Below, one piece after another: positions 20,928-32,912 of a DNA stretch of 64,000 nt. The translations under genes and the position numbers were made by a program. The DNA is taken from contig CAVOZZ010000012.1 in assembly GCA_963701505.1 (NCBI GenBank), positions 80,219 to 144,218 on the forward strand, given 5' to 3'. Origin of the DNA: an uncultured Gammaproteobacteria bacterium. GTDB taxonomy: Bacteria > Pseudomonadota > Gammaproteobacteria > UBA9214. Below the pieces are notes generated by a model. It was not told the origin of the DNA. It saw only the letters and a program-made list of their open reading frames with translations, and did not search any database. Every line of letters begins with the position of its first letter. Within the stretch, counting starts at the first letter, position 1.

Positions 20928-22847
20928 ATGCTACTTTCCGGTTTTGACCCTGCCACCGTGTTGCGCCATGTACTCACAGCCCTGATACTGGCGTCCCTCA
21001 TTGCCGGCTGCAGCACGACACCGACACGCCGTCCGGAAACCGTCAGTCCCGTGCAGCAGCAGGCGCAGGCGCTGGAGGCCAGTGGCGACTTTGCGGCGGC
21101 TGCGCAACTCTATGTTACGGCCGCATCCCGGGCCACTGCCGGCAAGGAGCAGCAGACACTGCAACTACTGGCTGCTGACAGCCTGATACGCGGAGAAGAT
21201 TTCGCCGCCGCCGGGCGACTGCTGCGTGAGATGCCGCCGACACTCGCGAGCAGCGAGCTGCAGCAACACTATGCCGTCAATATGGCGGCGCTTGCCCTCT
21301 CGGAACGACACCCCGCCGAGGCCATGGCACTGCTCGAGAAGGTACCGGTCAGTGGCACCCATGCGGCTGATGTACACCGTTTGCTTGCCGAGGCCTACCT
21401 GCAGGAGTTTCGCTATTTCCAGAGCGCACGGGAACGGGTACTGCTTGACCCCCTGCTCACAGATCCCGATGCACAGCTTGAAAACCAGCTTGCGATTTGG
21501 GAGACACTCAACCGGCTAACCGATGCAGAGTTGCAGCAATTGCGCACGGCACCCCCACCCGACCCACTCAGTGGCTGGATGGAACTGGTCGAACTGTCAC
21601 GTCTGTATCTGCAACAACCGGATGCGCTGGCGGAGGTGACACCGCACTGGCAGCAACGGTACCCCGGTCACCCGGCAACACGGGTTTTCATTCCGAAGTT
21701 ACTCGAGAGCATGACCGTGGCCGGCCAGCCCCCCGCACAGATTGCACTGTTGTTGCCCTTGCATGGCAAGCTGGCAGAAGCGGCCGCTGCCATACGGGAC
21801 GGCATACTCGCGGCCTACTACGATACACCGGACACGAGCATGCAACCGCGCCTGCAGCTCTACGACACTGGCGACACCGCCGCCACCGCGCTGGCTGCCT
21901 ACCAGCAAGCGGTACTGGACGGCGCACAATTTGTCATCGGACCGCTACGCAAGGAAGCCGTACAGGCACTGGCCATGCAACCGCAACTGGCGGTGCCGGT
22001 ACTGGCGCTGAACCAGCTGGAAGACCCTGCCCTGTTCAACCCGTTGCTCTACCAGTTCGGCCTGGCGCCCGAGGATGAGGCTCGCGAGGCTGCTCGCCTC
22101 GCCTGGCGTGAAGGCTATACCCGGACCATTGCACTGTTGCCGGAGAATGAATGGGGCGAACGGGTATATGCTGCCTTTGCTGACGAATGGCAGAAGTTGG
22201 GCGGCGTGATACTGGATACCCGGCGCTACGACGACAGCAAAACCGATCATGGAAAAATCATCAGCGATGCACTCAAGCTCGACAGCAGCGAGGCACGCCA
22301 CCAGCAGTTGTCACGCCAGCTGGGAGTAGCGCTTGAATTCGAACCGCGGCGGCGCGATGACGTCGACTTTTTCTTCCTCGTTGCCTCACCGAATCAGGCA
22401 CGCCTGATTCGACCACAGTTGAGCTTCTACCGTGCAACCACAATCCCCGTCTATGCAACATCCAGGGTATACAGTGGTCAGCCGAACGCGGCACAGGATG
22501 CCGACATGAATGGCATCATCTTCTGCGACATGCCGTGGACGCTCGACAAGGACACAAACTGGCAGCACTTGCAGCAAACGATTGCTGATTACTGGCCGCG
22601 GATGCCAGCCGCTATGCCCGTCTGTATGCACTCGGTATCGATGCCTATCGCCTGGTTCCCTTACCTTGGCAAGGGTTACGGTGGCATGTTTGGCGCCTAC
22701 CGCGGCGTTACCGGCAACCTGACACTGGCCAGCCAGGGCCTTATCAGCCGCACATTGCGCTGCGCTGAATTCAGACAGGGCCTACCGGTCGTGCTGGAAC
22801 AGGCTGGCGACGTTGAAATCCCGAACCCGCACGCGGTCAACCAGTAA
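20928..22847 (+). CDS. lpoA: Penicillin-binding protein activator LpoA; ORF open, but residues encoded by about 22601-22663 are read out of frame
   Basis: The protein has a lipobox (LIAGCS), an N-terminal TPR-like domain and a periplasmic-binding-fold C-terminal domain. An alternative frame across 22601-22663 gives the conserved [20 protein letters not shown]. Confidence 0.85.
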   Translation: MLLSGFDPATVLRHVLTALILASLIAGCSTTPTRRPETVSPVQQQAQALEASGDFAAAAQLYVTAASRATAGKEQQTLQLLAADSLIRGEDFAAAGRLLREMPPTLASSELQQHYAVNMAALALSERHPAEAMALLEKVPVSGTHAADVHRLLAEAYLQEFRYFQSARERVLLDPLLTDPDAQLENQLAIWETLNRLTDAELQQLRTAPPPDPLSGWMELVELSRLYLQQPDALAEVTPHWQQRYPGHPATRVFIPKLLESMTVAGQPPAQIALLLPLHGKLAEAAAAIRDGILAAYYDTPDTSMQPRLQLYDTGDTAATALAAYQQAVLDGAQFVIGPLRKEAVQALAMQPQLAVPVLALNQLEDPALFNPLLYQFGLAPEDEAREAARLAWREGYTRTIALLPENEWGERVYAAFADEWQKLGGVILDTRRYDDSKTDHGKIISDALKLDSSEARHQQLSRQLGVALEFEPRRRDDVDFFFLVASPNQARLIRPQLSFYRATTIPVYATSRVYSGQPNAAQDADMNGIIFCDMPWTLDKDTNWQHLQQTIADYWPRMPAAMPVCMHSVSMPIAWFPYLGKGYGGMFGAYRGVTGNLTLASQGLISRTLRCAEFRQGLPVVLEQAGDVEIPNPHAVNQ

Positions 22848-22861
22848 ACAGCGATGCAGCC

Positions 22862-23221
22862 ATGGACACGTTGACGCGCGGCAGGGAAGCTGAAGACCGT
22901 GCCTGTGACTATCTGCAGACGCAGGGACTGCAACTGCTGGCGCGTAACTATCGCAGCAAGCGTGGAGAAATCGACCTGATACTGCAGGATAAAGACAGCC
23001 TGGTGTTCGTTGAGGTACGCTACCGCAGCTAATCCGCAGTTCGGATCGGCAGCAGAGTCAATCGACCGGCGCAAGCAGTCAAGGCTCATCGCCTGTGCTC
23101 ATTACTATATGCAAACGCATCCGGACACCCGCCAGCAGCCCTGCCGCTTTGATGTCATCTCCATCACAGGGCCGAAGACCGCTATCGAGTGGATTCCGAA
23201 TGCCTTTAGCGCCCCGGAGTC

Positions 23222-23225
<4 letters not shown>
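22862..23225 (+). pseudogene. yraN: UPF0102 endonuclease-like protein YraN, frame-disrupted near 23025
   Basis: [40 protein letters not shown]...VEVRYRS ends in a stop. The sequence NPQFGSAAESIDRRKQSRL...RFDVISI continues in ORF 23010-23225. Confidence 0.85.
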
Positions 23226-23826
<601 letters not shown>

Positions 23827-23830
23827 ACGC

Positions 23831-24419
23831 ATGCATCCAGCCCGAACGCTTCTCATGACCATACTGACAGTCAACCTGCTGAGCGGTTGTGCTGCAGTCA
23901 TTGTCGGCGGGGCGGCCGTTGGCGCCAGTGCCGTGCATGAACGCCGTTCGGTCGGCACCATGGTTGATGATGAAGGCATCGAATGGAAGATTCAGAGTCG
24001 CTATCAACGATGACAAACCCCTGAGCAGCCAGAGCCATATCAACGTTATCAGTCTCAACGGGGTGGTACTGCTGGTAGGCCAGACACCCACCGAGGCCCT
24101 GCGTACAGCAGGCAACAAACCTTGCCAGGGGCGTCGAGAAATGTGCGCGTTGTCCACAACGAAATGACAATCGCCGCCCCTAACTCCTACATGACACGCA
24201 GCAGTGATGCCTATATCACGTCCAAGGTAAAAACCAGCCTGTTCAATGTGAAGGGGCATGATGACTTCGACCCGACCCGCGTCAAGGTCGTCACCGAGAA
24301 CGGCACCGTTTACCTGATGGGCATTCTCTACCGCAGCGGAGGCTGATGATGCCGCCAGGCAGACCAGCCAGGTCGGTGGCGTACAGAAAGTCGTGAAATT
24401 ATTCGAGTACCTTGACTAG
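23831..24419 (+). pseudogene. dolP: BON-domain outer-membrane lipoprotein DolP (YraP), frame-disrupted (3 or more shifts)
   Basis: The lipobox and N-terminus read LLSGCAAVIVGGAAVGASAVHERRSVGTMVDD. Later pieces are INVISLNGVVLLVGQTP, TSKVKTSLF...RVKVVTENGTVYLMG and GVQKVVKLFEYLD, each in a different frame. Confidence 0.85.
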
Positions 24420-24424
24420 TAGGA

Positions 24425-25219
24425 ATGAAAATGATGAAACCCTGTTTTATTGTCCCTGTCATTATTGCCGTATTGCTTGCTGAACCGGCTATTGCAGACA
24501 CGACCATCAGGCTTGGTGGCAGTGATGATGCGTCAAGGACCGTCATCCAGGTAAAGGACCACATGGCGCGCATGGCACAATCGGGGCAGCCCGGTCACGT
24601 GTTGTTCGACAAGTCCCGCCACGTGGCCATCTACGTGGACCCGGTAAAGCAGGAATACCGTGAAATAGACCAGCAGCAACTGGACAAGTACGCTGAAGTC
24701 ATTGCAATGCTGCGCCAGCAGATGGAACAGCTGTCGGCGCAACTGCAAAACCTGCCGGCCGCACAACGTGCATTCATCGAACAGCAGATGGGAATCCCCG
24801 CCGGTGGACTGCCGGACCTCGAGGTCATGGGCACTGAGGCGCGCGGCATCCACGAAGTCGCGGGATTCAAGTGCCAGCTGCAGGTGTTGCTGAGGAACCG
24901 GCAACCTGTCGGTGAAGTCTGCCTGGCGACTGCTGCGGATGCGGGCATGTCAGAAAGTGACTTTGGCACCCTCATGGCGATGATGGATTTCATGCGTGAA
25001 CTGGCCGGCACCACCCAGAAACTGGTCGGCGAACTGGGTGAAAACAGCCGCCTGTTGCTGAGCGGCCTGCAGGGTGTACCGGTTGCAATGAAAGACTACC
25101 AGAACCACATGGAATACCGGGTCACAGAAGTCTCGAGCACAACGATTCCAGCAGAGGTATTCAACAGTTACCTGGCCTACAGCAAGCAGGATCTGCTGCT
25201 CAATATGCCGACCCGGTAA
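24425..25219 (+). CDS. Secreted hypothetical protein with central coiled-coil
   Basis: Intact 264-aa ORF with signal peptide [26 protein letters not shown]-rich helix reads [29 protein letters not shown] do not recognise a family with confidence. Confidence 0.6.
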   Translation: MKMMKPCFIVPVIIAVLLAEPAIADTTIRLGGSDDASRTVIQVKDHMARMAQSGQPGHVLFDKSRHVAIYVDPVKQEYREIDQQQLDKYAEVIAMLRQQMEQLSAQLQNLPAAQRAFIEQQMGIPAGGLPDLEVMGTEARGIHEVAGFKCQLQVLLRNRQPVGEVCLATAADAGMSESDFGTLMAMMDFMRELAGTTQKLVGELGENSRLLLSGLQGVPVAMKDYQNHMEYRVTEVSSTTIPAEVFNSYLAYSKQDLLLNMPTR

Positions 25220-25289
25220 GCTCAATCGCGGACATAATGCCGCATCATTACCCGCTACTGCGCCACCTGGCACACCATGGATAAAGCAG

Positions 25290-26292
25290 ATGTCTCAAAT
25301 CGTTGTTTGTGCCTTATACAAGTTCGTCAGCCTCGATAATTTCCGGGCGCTGCAAGCCCCGCTGCGACAGGTCATGCTGGATCACCATGTCCGCGGCACG
25401 CTGCTACTGGCTGATGAAGGCATTAACGGAACTGTGGCCGCATCGCGCCAGGGCATCGACGCCCTGTTGAACTGGTTAGGACAGGATTCGCGACTGGCGG
25501 ATGCAGACTGCAAGGAATCATATACCGACATCCTGCCCTTCAAGCGAGCCAGGGTAAAAATCAAGAAGGAAATTGTCACCCTGGGGGTTCCCGGCATTGA
25601 CCCCCGCCACACCGTCGGCACCTACCTGAACCCGGCGGAATGGAACCGGTTGCTCAGTGATCCCGATGTGCTGTTGGTGGACACACGCAATGACTACGAG
25701 TACCGGGTCGGCTCGTTCAGGAACGCGGTCAACCCGCAAACCATCTCGTTTCGCGAGTTCCCGCACTACGTGCACAAACACCTTGATCCGGAGAAACACC
25801 GGAAAATCGCCATGTTCTGTACCGGTGGCATCCGCTGCGAGAAATCGACCGCCTATATGAAAACGCAGGGATTTGACGAGGTGTACCACCTCAAGGGCGG
25901 CATCCTCAAGTACCTGGAACAAATCCCGGAACAGGACTCACTCTGGGAGGGCGAATGCTTTGTATTCGACGAGCGCGTCACCGTTAACCATCGTCTTGAA
26001 AAAGGCAGTTACGATCAATGCAACGCCTGCCGCATGCCCATTACCCGTGACGACAAGGCCAGCGCCAGCTTTCAACAGGGCGTCAGTTGCCCCCACTGCC
26101 ATGACAAACTGAGCTGCATCACAAAAGCTGCGCTTCCGCGAGCGGCAGAGACAGATGGAACTGGCCCGTGAACGCGGCCAGGCCCATATGGGCGATGACG
26201 CCGTGGACAGCAGCGCGGCGAACCAGAGCCGTCAAACAGCAGCAAAAGAACCGTCAGCGCAACCGGCAGCGGTGAAACCGCTAGTCTCCTGA
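25290..26292 (+). pseudogene. trhO: Rhodanese-domain tRNA U34 hydroxylase TrhO (YceA/UPF0176), frame-disrupted near 26115
   Basis: The ORF reads ALYKFVSL...EGINGT...[17 protein letters not shown]...[12 protein letters not shown]. The conserved C-terminal [23 protein letters not shown] is in another frame and ends at 26292. Confidence 0.85.
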
Positions 26293-26365
26293 CGCTGTCA
26301 CGTGCCAGGCCCTGAGTTCACCGGAAACCCGGTACTCGGCATCTGCAGGGAGTAAAGGGTCCAGA

Positions 26366-26587
26366 TCAAGTGCGCAGCCGGATCTGCACAGCAGCAGAAA
26401 TGATGCCTGCCGTCAGAAACAGGGGCACAACGTTGTCGAGTACAGTGGTAACCCCGAAGGTAAATAGTTCGATAAAAGGCAGCTGAACCAGCGACGCAAG
26501 CCGCGCGACCGGTTGACTTCCTGACAGTTCCAGCGCCAGGACCTGCGCAAGGGATTTACCTGTACCCTGGGGCATCAGCCCAAACAA
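26366..26587 (-). CDS. Hypothetical small protein (possibly a fragment)
   Basis: A 73-aa ORF lies directly downstream of corA. No family is recognised. A protein-like continuation in another frame runs down to about 26281. Confidence 0.25.
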   Translation of the reverse strand: MFGLMPQGTGKSLAQVLALELSGSQPVARLASLVQLPFIELFTFGVTTVLDNVVPLFLTAGIISAAVQIRLRT

Positions 26588-26593
26588 AAAACC

Positions 26594-27669
26594 CTAGAGC
26601 CACTTCTTCTTCCTGAAATAGACAAGCAAGACAGCAGGAATTGCAATAAACGCGACCCAGAGGGTCGGATAAGCCCATTTCCACTTGAGCTCCGGCATAT
26701 AGTCGAAATTCATTCCGTAGATACCCACCAGGAAGGTCAAAGGAATGAATATTGAAGCGAATACAGTCAACACCTTCATCACTTCATTCATTTTGTTGCT
26801 AATGCTGGATATGTAGATATCCAGCAGTCCTGACAAGAATATCGCGGTATGACTCGATTGACTCTATTACACGTGTTGTATGGTCAGACACGTCCCTGAA
26901 ATACAGGTAGGTGCCCTCATGAATCAACCCGGACTCAGTACGCAGCAATCTCGGCCATCAACTCTCTTATAGGGGACATATCTCCTTTTTATGATGAATT
27001 ACTTCCCGTTTAAGCATTTGAATCTTGTTCAGCGTGTTTTGCGTCGGGCTCGCGAACAAGGCATCTTCAACCGAGGTTACGGCATCATCGAGCGCGTCGA
27101 TGAGAATAAAACCCTGGTCGACAACGGTATCGAGAATTGCATACATAAGGTAATCACTGCGCAGGCTTCTGAAGCGACTATTGCTGTTCCTGATGCGTTG
27201 CAGTAGCGGATAAAGCAGCTCATCCGTTTTTTCCTTGAAGGCAGAAAACAAAATTTTCGAGCACCAGACAGGCTTATCTGTTCATAACTGACCGAGAACA
27301 TCACCGTCTTCCGGCAGCAGGCTCTTCAGGACCAGATAAAGGTAGTCATCATATTCCTCGAGCTTGGGCCGCTGGTGAGTATTCAGAATATCTTCCAGCA
27401 CCAGCGGATGTATCCCGAACAGTTCTCCAATCTTTTCTACAACACCGACATTTGCCAGTCCCTCGATAATCACCCAGGTAACGCTGTCACTGCTCCTTGT
27501 ATTGCCAGGATTTCGTCCAGGGACTGGATCTGCCGCTCTTCAAGCACGTTCTTTACTGTAATCAACCACCGACATGCTGCGTTACTGATTCCAGTACATC
27601 ACCGACGTGAACCAGGGAACCGGGTGGAAAACCGGTTTTATCGGATGCGTAGCTCAACGATTCAGACAT
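26594..27669 (-). pseudogene. corA: Magnesium/cobalt transporter CorA, heavily frame-disrupted (6 or more shifts), low-GC
   Basis: The fragments are MSESLSYASDKTGFPPGSLVHVG, SVVDYSKE, LEERQIQSLDEIL, VIIEGLANVGVVEKIGELFGIHPLVLEDILN, YAILDTVVDQGF...KIQMLKREV and IYISSISNKMNEVMKVLTVFASIFIPLTFLVGIYGMNF (GMN motif). They are spread over three frames. Confidence 0.85.
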
Positions 27670-27676
27670 TGGCAGC

Positions 27677-29071
27677 CTAGTGCTTTTTTACATGCCGCAT
27701 GAGGCGCGTTTTACGCTTTTGCTGACGTCCGGTGAGCTTGTTCTTGCGGCCCTTGTAGGGGTTGTCACCGGTCTTGAACTCGATTCTTATCGGTGTGCCG
27801 GAAAGTTTCAGCGCCTCGCGGAAGGCATTCACCAGGTAACGTTTATAGGTGGCCGGGACGCGTTCCGTCTGGTTGCCATGGATCACGATAACCGGTGGAT
27901 TACGGCCACCCTGGTGGGCATAGCGCAGCTTGATGCGGCGACCCTGCACCGTCGGTGGCTGATGTGCCTGCACGACCTGCTCCAGGATGGCGGTTAACCC
28001 GGGTGTCGGCAGCGCGCGTGTCGCCGAGGCATAGGCCTTGCGAATATGCGGAAACAACTCGCCCACGCCGGAGCCATGCAGTGCCGATATGAAACATGTG
28101 GTTGCAAAATCCAGAAACGGCAGGCGTCGCTCTAGTTGATCGGTAATCTGGCTGCGCTGATGCGCATCCAGTCCGTCCCATTTGTTGACCGCTACGATAA
28201 GGGCACGCCCCTTCTCCGCAATATAACCGGCCAGGCTGGCATCCTGATCACTGATCTCCTGCTGCGCATCCAGCACCAGTATCACCACATGCGCCGCGTC
28301 GATAGCCTGCAGGGTTTTAATGACGCTGAATTTCTCTATGACCTCATTTACCCGCGCGCGGCGCCGCACTCCGGCGGTATCGATCAGGGTATAGGCGACC
28401 TCGTCGCGCACAAAGGGAATAAAGATGCTGTCACGCGTGGTGCCCGGCAAATCAAATGCCAGCACCCGTTCCTCGCCCATGATACGGTTGATCAATGTGG
28501 ACTTGCCGACATTCGGCCGTCCAACCACGGCGACACGGATGCTGTCCTCATCCTGTGCCTCGCCGGTCTCCGCTGGCGCTTCCGGCAACTGCGTCATGGC
28601 AAGGTCCATGAGCGTTGCCACTCCACGCCCGTGAGCGGCCGCGATCGCATGCATCTCACCCAGACCCAGCGCATAGAAATCCGCCATGGCGCTGTCCGCG
28701 TCGAGTCCATCGGTCTTGTTGACCACCAGCAGCAACGGCTTGCCGGTACGCCGCAACGCCGTGGCGATCGCCTCGTCGCCGGCGGTCAGGCCATCACGCG
28801 CATCAACCAGGAAAAACAGCAGATCCGCTTCCTCGATGGCCTGCCAGGCCTGTTGCGCCATCAGCCCATTGAGTTCATCGCTGACATCGCTCAGGCCACC
28901 GGTATCGATCACTATAAACGGTCGCTCACCAACCTTGCCATCACCGTACTTGCGATCACGCGTCAGTCCCGGCACATCGGCAACCAGCGCATCCCGCGTC
29001 CGCGTCATACGGTTAAACAGTGTTGACTTGCCGACATTCGGACGGCCAACCAGGGCGATTACAGGTAACAT
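27677..29071 (-). CDS. der: Ribosome-biogenesis GTPase Der (EngA)
   Basis: Intact 464-aa ORF with two GTPase domains ([12 protein letters not shown] twice) and a KH-like C-terminus. Confidence 0.95.
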   Translation of the reverse strand: MLPVIALVGRPNVGKSTLFNRMTRTRDALVADVPGLTRDRKYGDGKVGERPFIVIDTGGLSDVSDELNGLMAQQAWQAIEEADLLFFLVDARDGLTAGDEAIATALRRTGKPLLLVVNKTDGLDADSAMADFYALGLGEMHAIAAAHGRGVATLMDLAMTQLPEAPAETGEAQDEDSIRVAVVGRPNVGKSTLINRIMGEERVLAFDLPGTTRDSIFIPFVRDEVAYTLIDTAGVRRRARVNEVIEKFSVIKTLQAIDAAHVVILVLDAQQEISDQDASLAGYIAEKGRALIVAVNKWDGLDAHQRSQITDQLERRLPFLDFATTCFISALHGSGVGELFPHIRKAYASATRALPTPGLTAILEQVVQAHQPPTVQGRRIKLRYAHQGGRNPPVIVIHGNQTERVPATYKRYLVNAFREALKLSGTPIRIEFKTGDNPYKGRKNKLTGRQQKRKTRLMRHVKKH

Positions 29072-29118
29072 GAGCGTGCGAGGATATTCAGGCAGGCACC
29101 CGGCCGGGTGCCATGATT

Positions 29119-30295
29119 TTATTGCCGCGCTGGCATGGTAAAGGCTGACAGCTTGCCTGAATTACCGTACACGTAAAGGATACCGTTCCTGACCAGCGGC
29201 TTCTCCTGGATGCCCTTGCTATCCACCTGCGCGCGCGCTGCAATATGTCCGTCATAACGCGACAGCAGGTGAACATAGCCTTCCAGGTCACCGACTGCGA
29301 CATAGTCTTCATACGGTGCCGGTGCGGTGACTTTCCTGTTGGCCAACTCATCCAGTTTCCACTCGGATGCGCCGTGTCGAGCGCGACAGCGCCCAGACAT
29401 TACTTTCAGCATCGGTGACGTACACCTGCGAGAAGTCCACACCGAGACCCACATGTGACGACATGTCCCGCTGCCAGCCCTGGTTTCCGGTTTGCGCCTC
29501 AATGACGGTGATGTGTCCCTGGTAGGTCGTCACGTACACGACACCGCCGACAATGACCGGGTCACCGTCAATATCCACCAGCCGATCGATTTCGGAACGA
29601 CCCTGCGGGATGGCAATACTGACCTCCCAGACAGGAAACCCCTTTTCCGCACTCAACCCGACCAGCTTGCCATTGGCAAAACCGGCGACCACCAGGCCGC
29701 TCTCAACGGCCGGCGTACTGGTGCCGCGCAAGGTCAGCACCGGTACCGAGCGGTCGTTTACCCAGAGCTGTTCACCATTATCAACCGACAGTGCGGCGAT
29801 GTTGCCATCGGCCGTTTGTACAATCACCTTGTCGATATCCACCTGTGGCACAGACAATACTTCACTGCTGACCTCGGCCTTCCACAACAGGGCGCCGTCA
29901 GTGGCACTTAACGCCAGCACCTCGGCGTCACTGGTACCCACGAGTACCAGGCCACTGCCCGCACCGGGTCCTGCAGACAGCGCTGCCCCTGTTTTGACCT
30001 GCCACTGTTCCTTGCCGGTTTGAGCATCCAACGCCACCACACGACCCTTGCGGTCGGCAATATACACATGGTCTTCATAGACAACCGGCGCCAGGTTGAC
30101 AAACTGCTTGTCAAGACCGACGCCTACACGCGTACTCCAGAGTTCCTTCAGGGGGATTGGATTGGCAATTTCAACCAATGGCGCGGGTGGTTCGGCATTA
30201 TCCGACCCCCCGAGCAGGCTGTTGGTCCAGCCGGACACGGTAGCGCAACCACTCAACAATGCCGCCAGCATCACGGCTGCAAGCGCTTGTTTCAC
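29119..30295 (-). pseudogene. bamB: Outer-membrane assembly lipoprotein BamB, frame-disrupted near 29380
   Basis: The protein has a lipobox (LLSGCA) and PQQ-like beta-propeller repeats. The last blades (KVTAPAPYEDYVAVGDLEGYVHLL...) continue in ORF 29119-29502. Confidence 0.88.
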
Positions 30296-30954
30296 TCGGA
30301 TGCCCCGGCGGGTGCAGCGGCTGCCACCAGCGTACTGTCGTATTTCAGTTGCAGCAGATGGCGTCCGGGTGAATCGCTGGCAGTTGCATCCAGTGCCGCC
30401 TGGTAGGCCTTGTTGGCAGCGGCCCGGTCGCCGCGTGCGGCATCAATATCCCCCCTGACCTCGGTATACAACGGATCAAAGGGCGTGCCTGTGGTCGCCT
30501 GGTCCAGCAGGGCAAGTGCGGCGTCGAAATCATCCATCGCCATCATGACACGCGCCATTCGCAGGCGTGCCGTATTGCGCATGATCTCGGAGTCGCTGTT
30601 ATCAATGACCCATTGCAGGTGCGACCGGGCAGCAGCCAGTTCGTCCGCTTCAATCTTTATCCTTGCCAGCGCCAGTGCCGCGAGTGTCGCATAGGGAGTG
30701 CCGGTATAGTCCGAAATCAGCATGGCGGCCCTCTCGGTAACCACCTGCTTGTCTCCACCCTCGAGGGCGGTCATCAGTGTGGTGTAGATATTTGATGCCG
30801 TCTCGGCGTTGCGTTCCTGGTAAGCAAACCACGCCTTGCCGCCGAACAACACGGCGAGCCCCAGGACCACACCGGTAATGATTGACCCACCATTCTCGCC
30901 CCACCATTTTTTGACTTCAGCGAGTTTCTCTTCATCTGTTAAGTGAGCGTCCAT
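30292..30954 (-). CDS. yfgM: YfgM-like membrane-anchored TPR protein (UPF0070)
   Basis: MDAHLTDEEKLAEVKKWWGENGGSIITGVVLGLAVLFGG is followed by TPR-like helices. The hisS-yfgM-bamB-der order is kept. The ORF track extends the frame to 31023, but the E. coli-like start is MDAHL. Confidence 0.75.
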   Translation of the reverse strand: MDAHLTDEEKLAEVKKWWGENGGSIITGVVLGLAVLFGGKAWFAYQERNAETASNIYTTLMTALEGGDKQVVTERAAMLISDYTGTPYATLAALALARIKIEADELAAARSHLQWVIDNSDSEIMRNTARLRMARVMMAMDDFDAALALLDQATTGTPFDPLYTEVRGDIDAARGDRAAANKAYQAALDATASDSPGRHLLQLKYDSTLVAAAAPAGASE

Positions 30955-31031
30955 CGTTACTCCTGTTGCATATTCAGAATATGCTTCAAGTAATGCGCTT
31001 TTCTGCGACCGGTAATTCTTCATGTACTGCG

Positions 31032-32312
31032 TTAACCCGCGGCAATAACCGCATTGATACGCGCAGCCACCTGCTGCTGCGGCAATGTCTCCTGTTCAGT
31101 TTCGTCGCGCAACGATTTAAGGATGACGGTGCCTTCCCGTCACCTCATTGTCACCCATCACCAGCGCAATGCCTGCACCACTCCTGTCAGCCCGCTTGAA
31201 CTGACTCTTGAAGCTGCCGTTGCCGCAGTTAGTCAGCAAGCGCAGACCGGGCATGGCGGTGCGCAGGCTGTTCCGCAAACACCATGCCGTGTTGTACCGC
31301 CTGCAGACCGTTCAGCACCAGGTACACATGCGGGTGATGCAGTGGAATGTCTGCATTGCCTGCCTGCAGCAACGCCAGCAGTCGTTCCAGGCCAAGCGCA
31401 AAACCGAAGGCCGGCGTTGGCCTGCCACCGAGGTATTCAACCAGCCCGTCATAACGGCCACCGGCGCATATTGTACCCTGCGCACCCAGCTGATCGGTGA
31501 CCCACTCGAATACTGTTTTTGTATAGTAATCGAGTCCCCGCACCAGCCGTGGGTTGACCTGGTAGGCAAGACCGGCCGGCATCCAGCAAGGCACATAGTT
31601 CGGAAAAGTGCTGCCGGGATTCGGCGTCGAGATAGTCAGGCAAGCGCGGCGCCGCCTCGATCAGGGACTGCATATCCGGGTTCTTGCTGTCCAGAATGCG
31701 CAATGGATTGCTGTCCAGCCGCCGGCGGCTGTCTTCATCCAGACGGGATTCATGCTGGCGCAGGTAGGTCACCAGCGCAGCGCGATAGTCTGCCCTGGCA
31801 GCCACCGTTCCCAGTGAATTGATTTGCAACACGGCACCCTTCAGACCCAGCCGCTCCCACATGCGCGCCGACATGAAAATCATCTCGGCATCGATATCCG
31901 GCCCGGCCATGCCGAAGGCCTCGATACCGATCTGGTGAAACTGGCGATAACGGCCTTGCTGCGGACGCTCGTGACGGAACATGGGGCCGGCGTACCAGAG
32001 GCGCTGCACCTGGTTGTGCAACAGCCCATGCTGCATGCAGGCACGCACGCAACTCGCCGTACCCTCCGGCCGCAGCGTCAGGCTGTCACCGTTACGATCA
32101 TCAAAGGTGTACATTTCCTTTTCGACGATGTCGGTCACTTCACCGATCGAACGCTTGAACAGCTCGGTCTGTTCCAGCAGCGGCAGCCGGATTTCCTGGT
32201 AGCCATAGGCATGCACCACCTCACGCAGCGTATCTTCAAGATACTGCCAGCCGGACGACTCCCCGGGGAGTATGTCGTTCATGCCTCGAACGGCCTGCAG
32301 GGTCTTGGCCAT
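31032..32312 (-). pseudogene. hisS: Histidine--tRNA ligase, frame-disrupted (3 shifts, near 31585, 31255 and 31140)
   Basis: The first piece reads [18 protein letters not shown]...[18 protein letters not shown]. The next reads [23 protein letters not shown]...GGRYDGL. The anticodon-binding pieces read [31 protein letters not shown] and then [15 protein letters not shown]. Confidence 0.93.
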
Positions 32313-32912
32313 GTGTTACACGCGTTATTGTCTGAGAGTGTTAGCGGGAATGTCATGTCGATATCAGGCGAACAGCCGCCAATCCACACATCCATCGTAT
32401 TCATTCTGTTGCTTGCGAGTTCTGCCGGCGGCAACTCCAGACGACCCGGTACTACCTGCTGTGTTTCCTGCCCCCGTGACTGGATCAGTCGTTCAGCAAA
32501 CGGGTACGCCAGCCACAGCAGTATTGCTAGCCAGCAGCAGCAGGATGATATTACGCAGCAGGCGCGCCGATGGCAGCTGGAAAAAAGGTGTTCTGTCATT
32601 TATCGAGACCACTGTCAGCGGCGGCGGGTCACCGCTTTGTTCGGCAAAGTCCCTGACTATCTCGTCTTCCGGCAGACCTACCAGTCGTGCATAGTTGCGC
32701 AGGTAGCCCTTCACGAAAATAGCTGCGGGTAATGCCGCCTTGTCGTCATTTTCCAGTGCATCAATAGTACTGACATCAAGATGCAGCTCATTGGCAACTG
32801 CACGCCTGTCGAGCTTGCGCTCTGTGCGTGCCGCTGACAGCCGCGCGCCTATCGACTTGCGATCAACGCCAGTCACGGTGCTGCTGTCATCAGTATCCTG
32901 ACTGACGTTCAT
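32279..32912 (-). pseudogene. rodZ: RodZ-like cytoskeleton protein (HTH and TM), short and frame-disrupted near 32530; periplasmic C-terminal domain apparently absent
   Basis: The N-terminus has an XRE-type HTH (IGARLSAARTERKLDRRAVANELHLDVSTIDALE). The TM segment is split between ORFs 32493-32912 and 32279-32599. The 3' end overlaps the hisS start. Confidence 0.65.

Noticed and set aside
29093-29110. A perfect palindrome, GGCACCCGGCCGGGTGCC, between bamB and der.
   Set aside because: It is probably just an intercistronic stem-loop. No T-run follows it on the coding (minus) strand, so I do not call it a terminator, and it is too short to interpret further.
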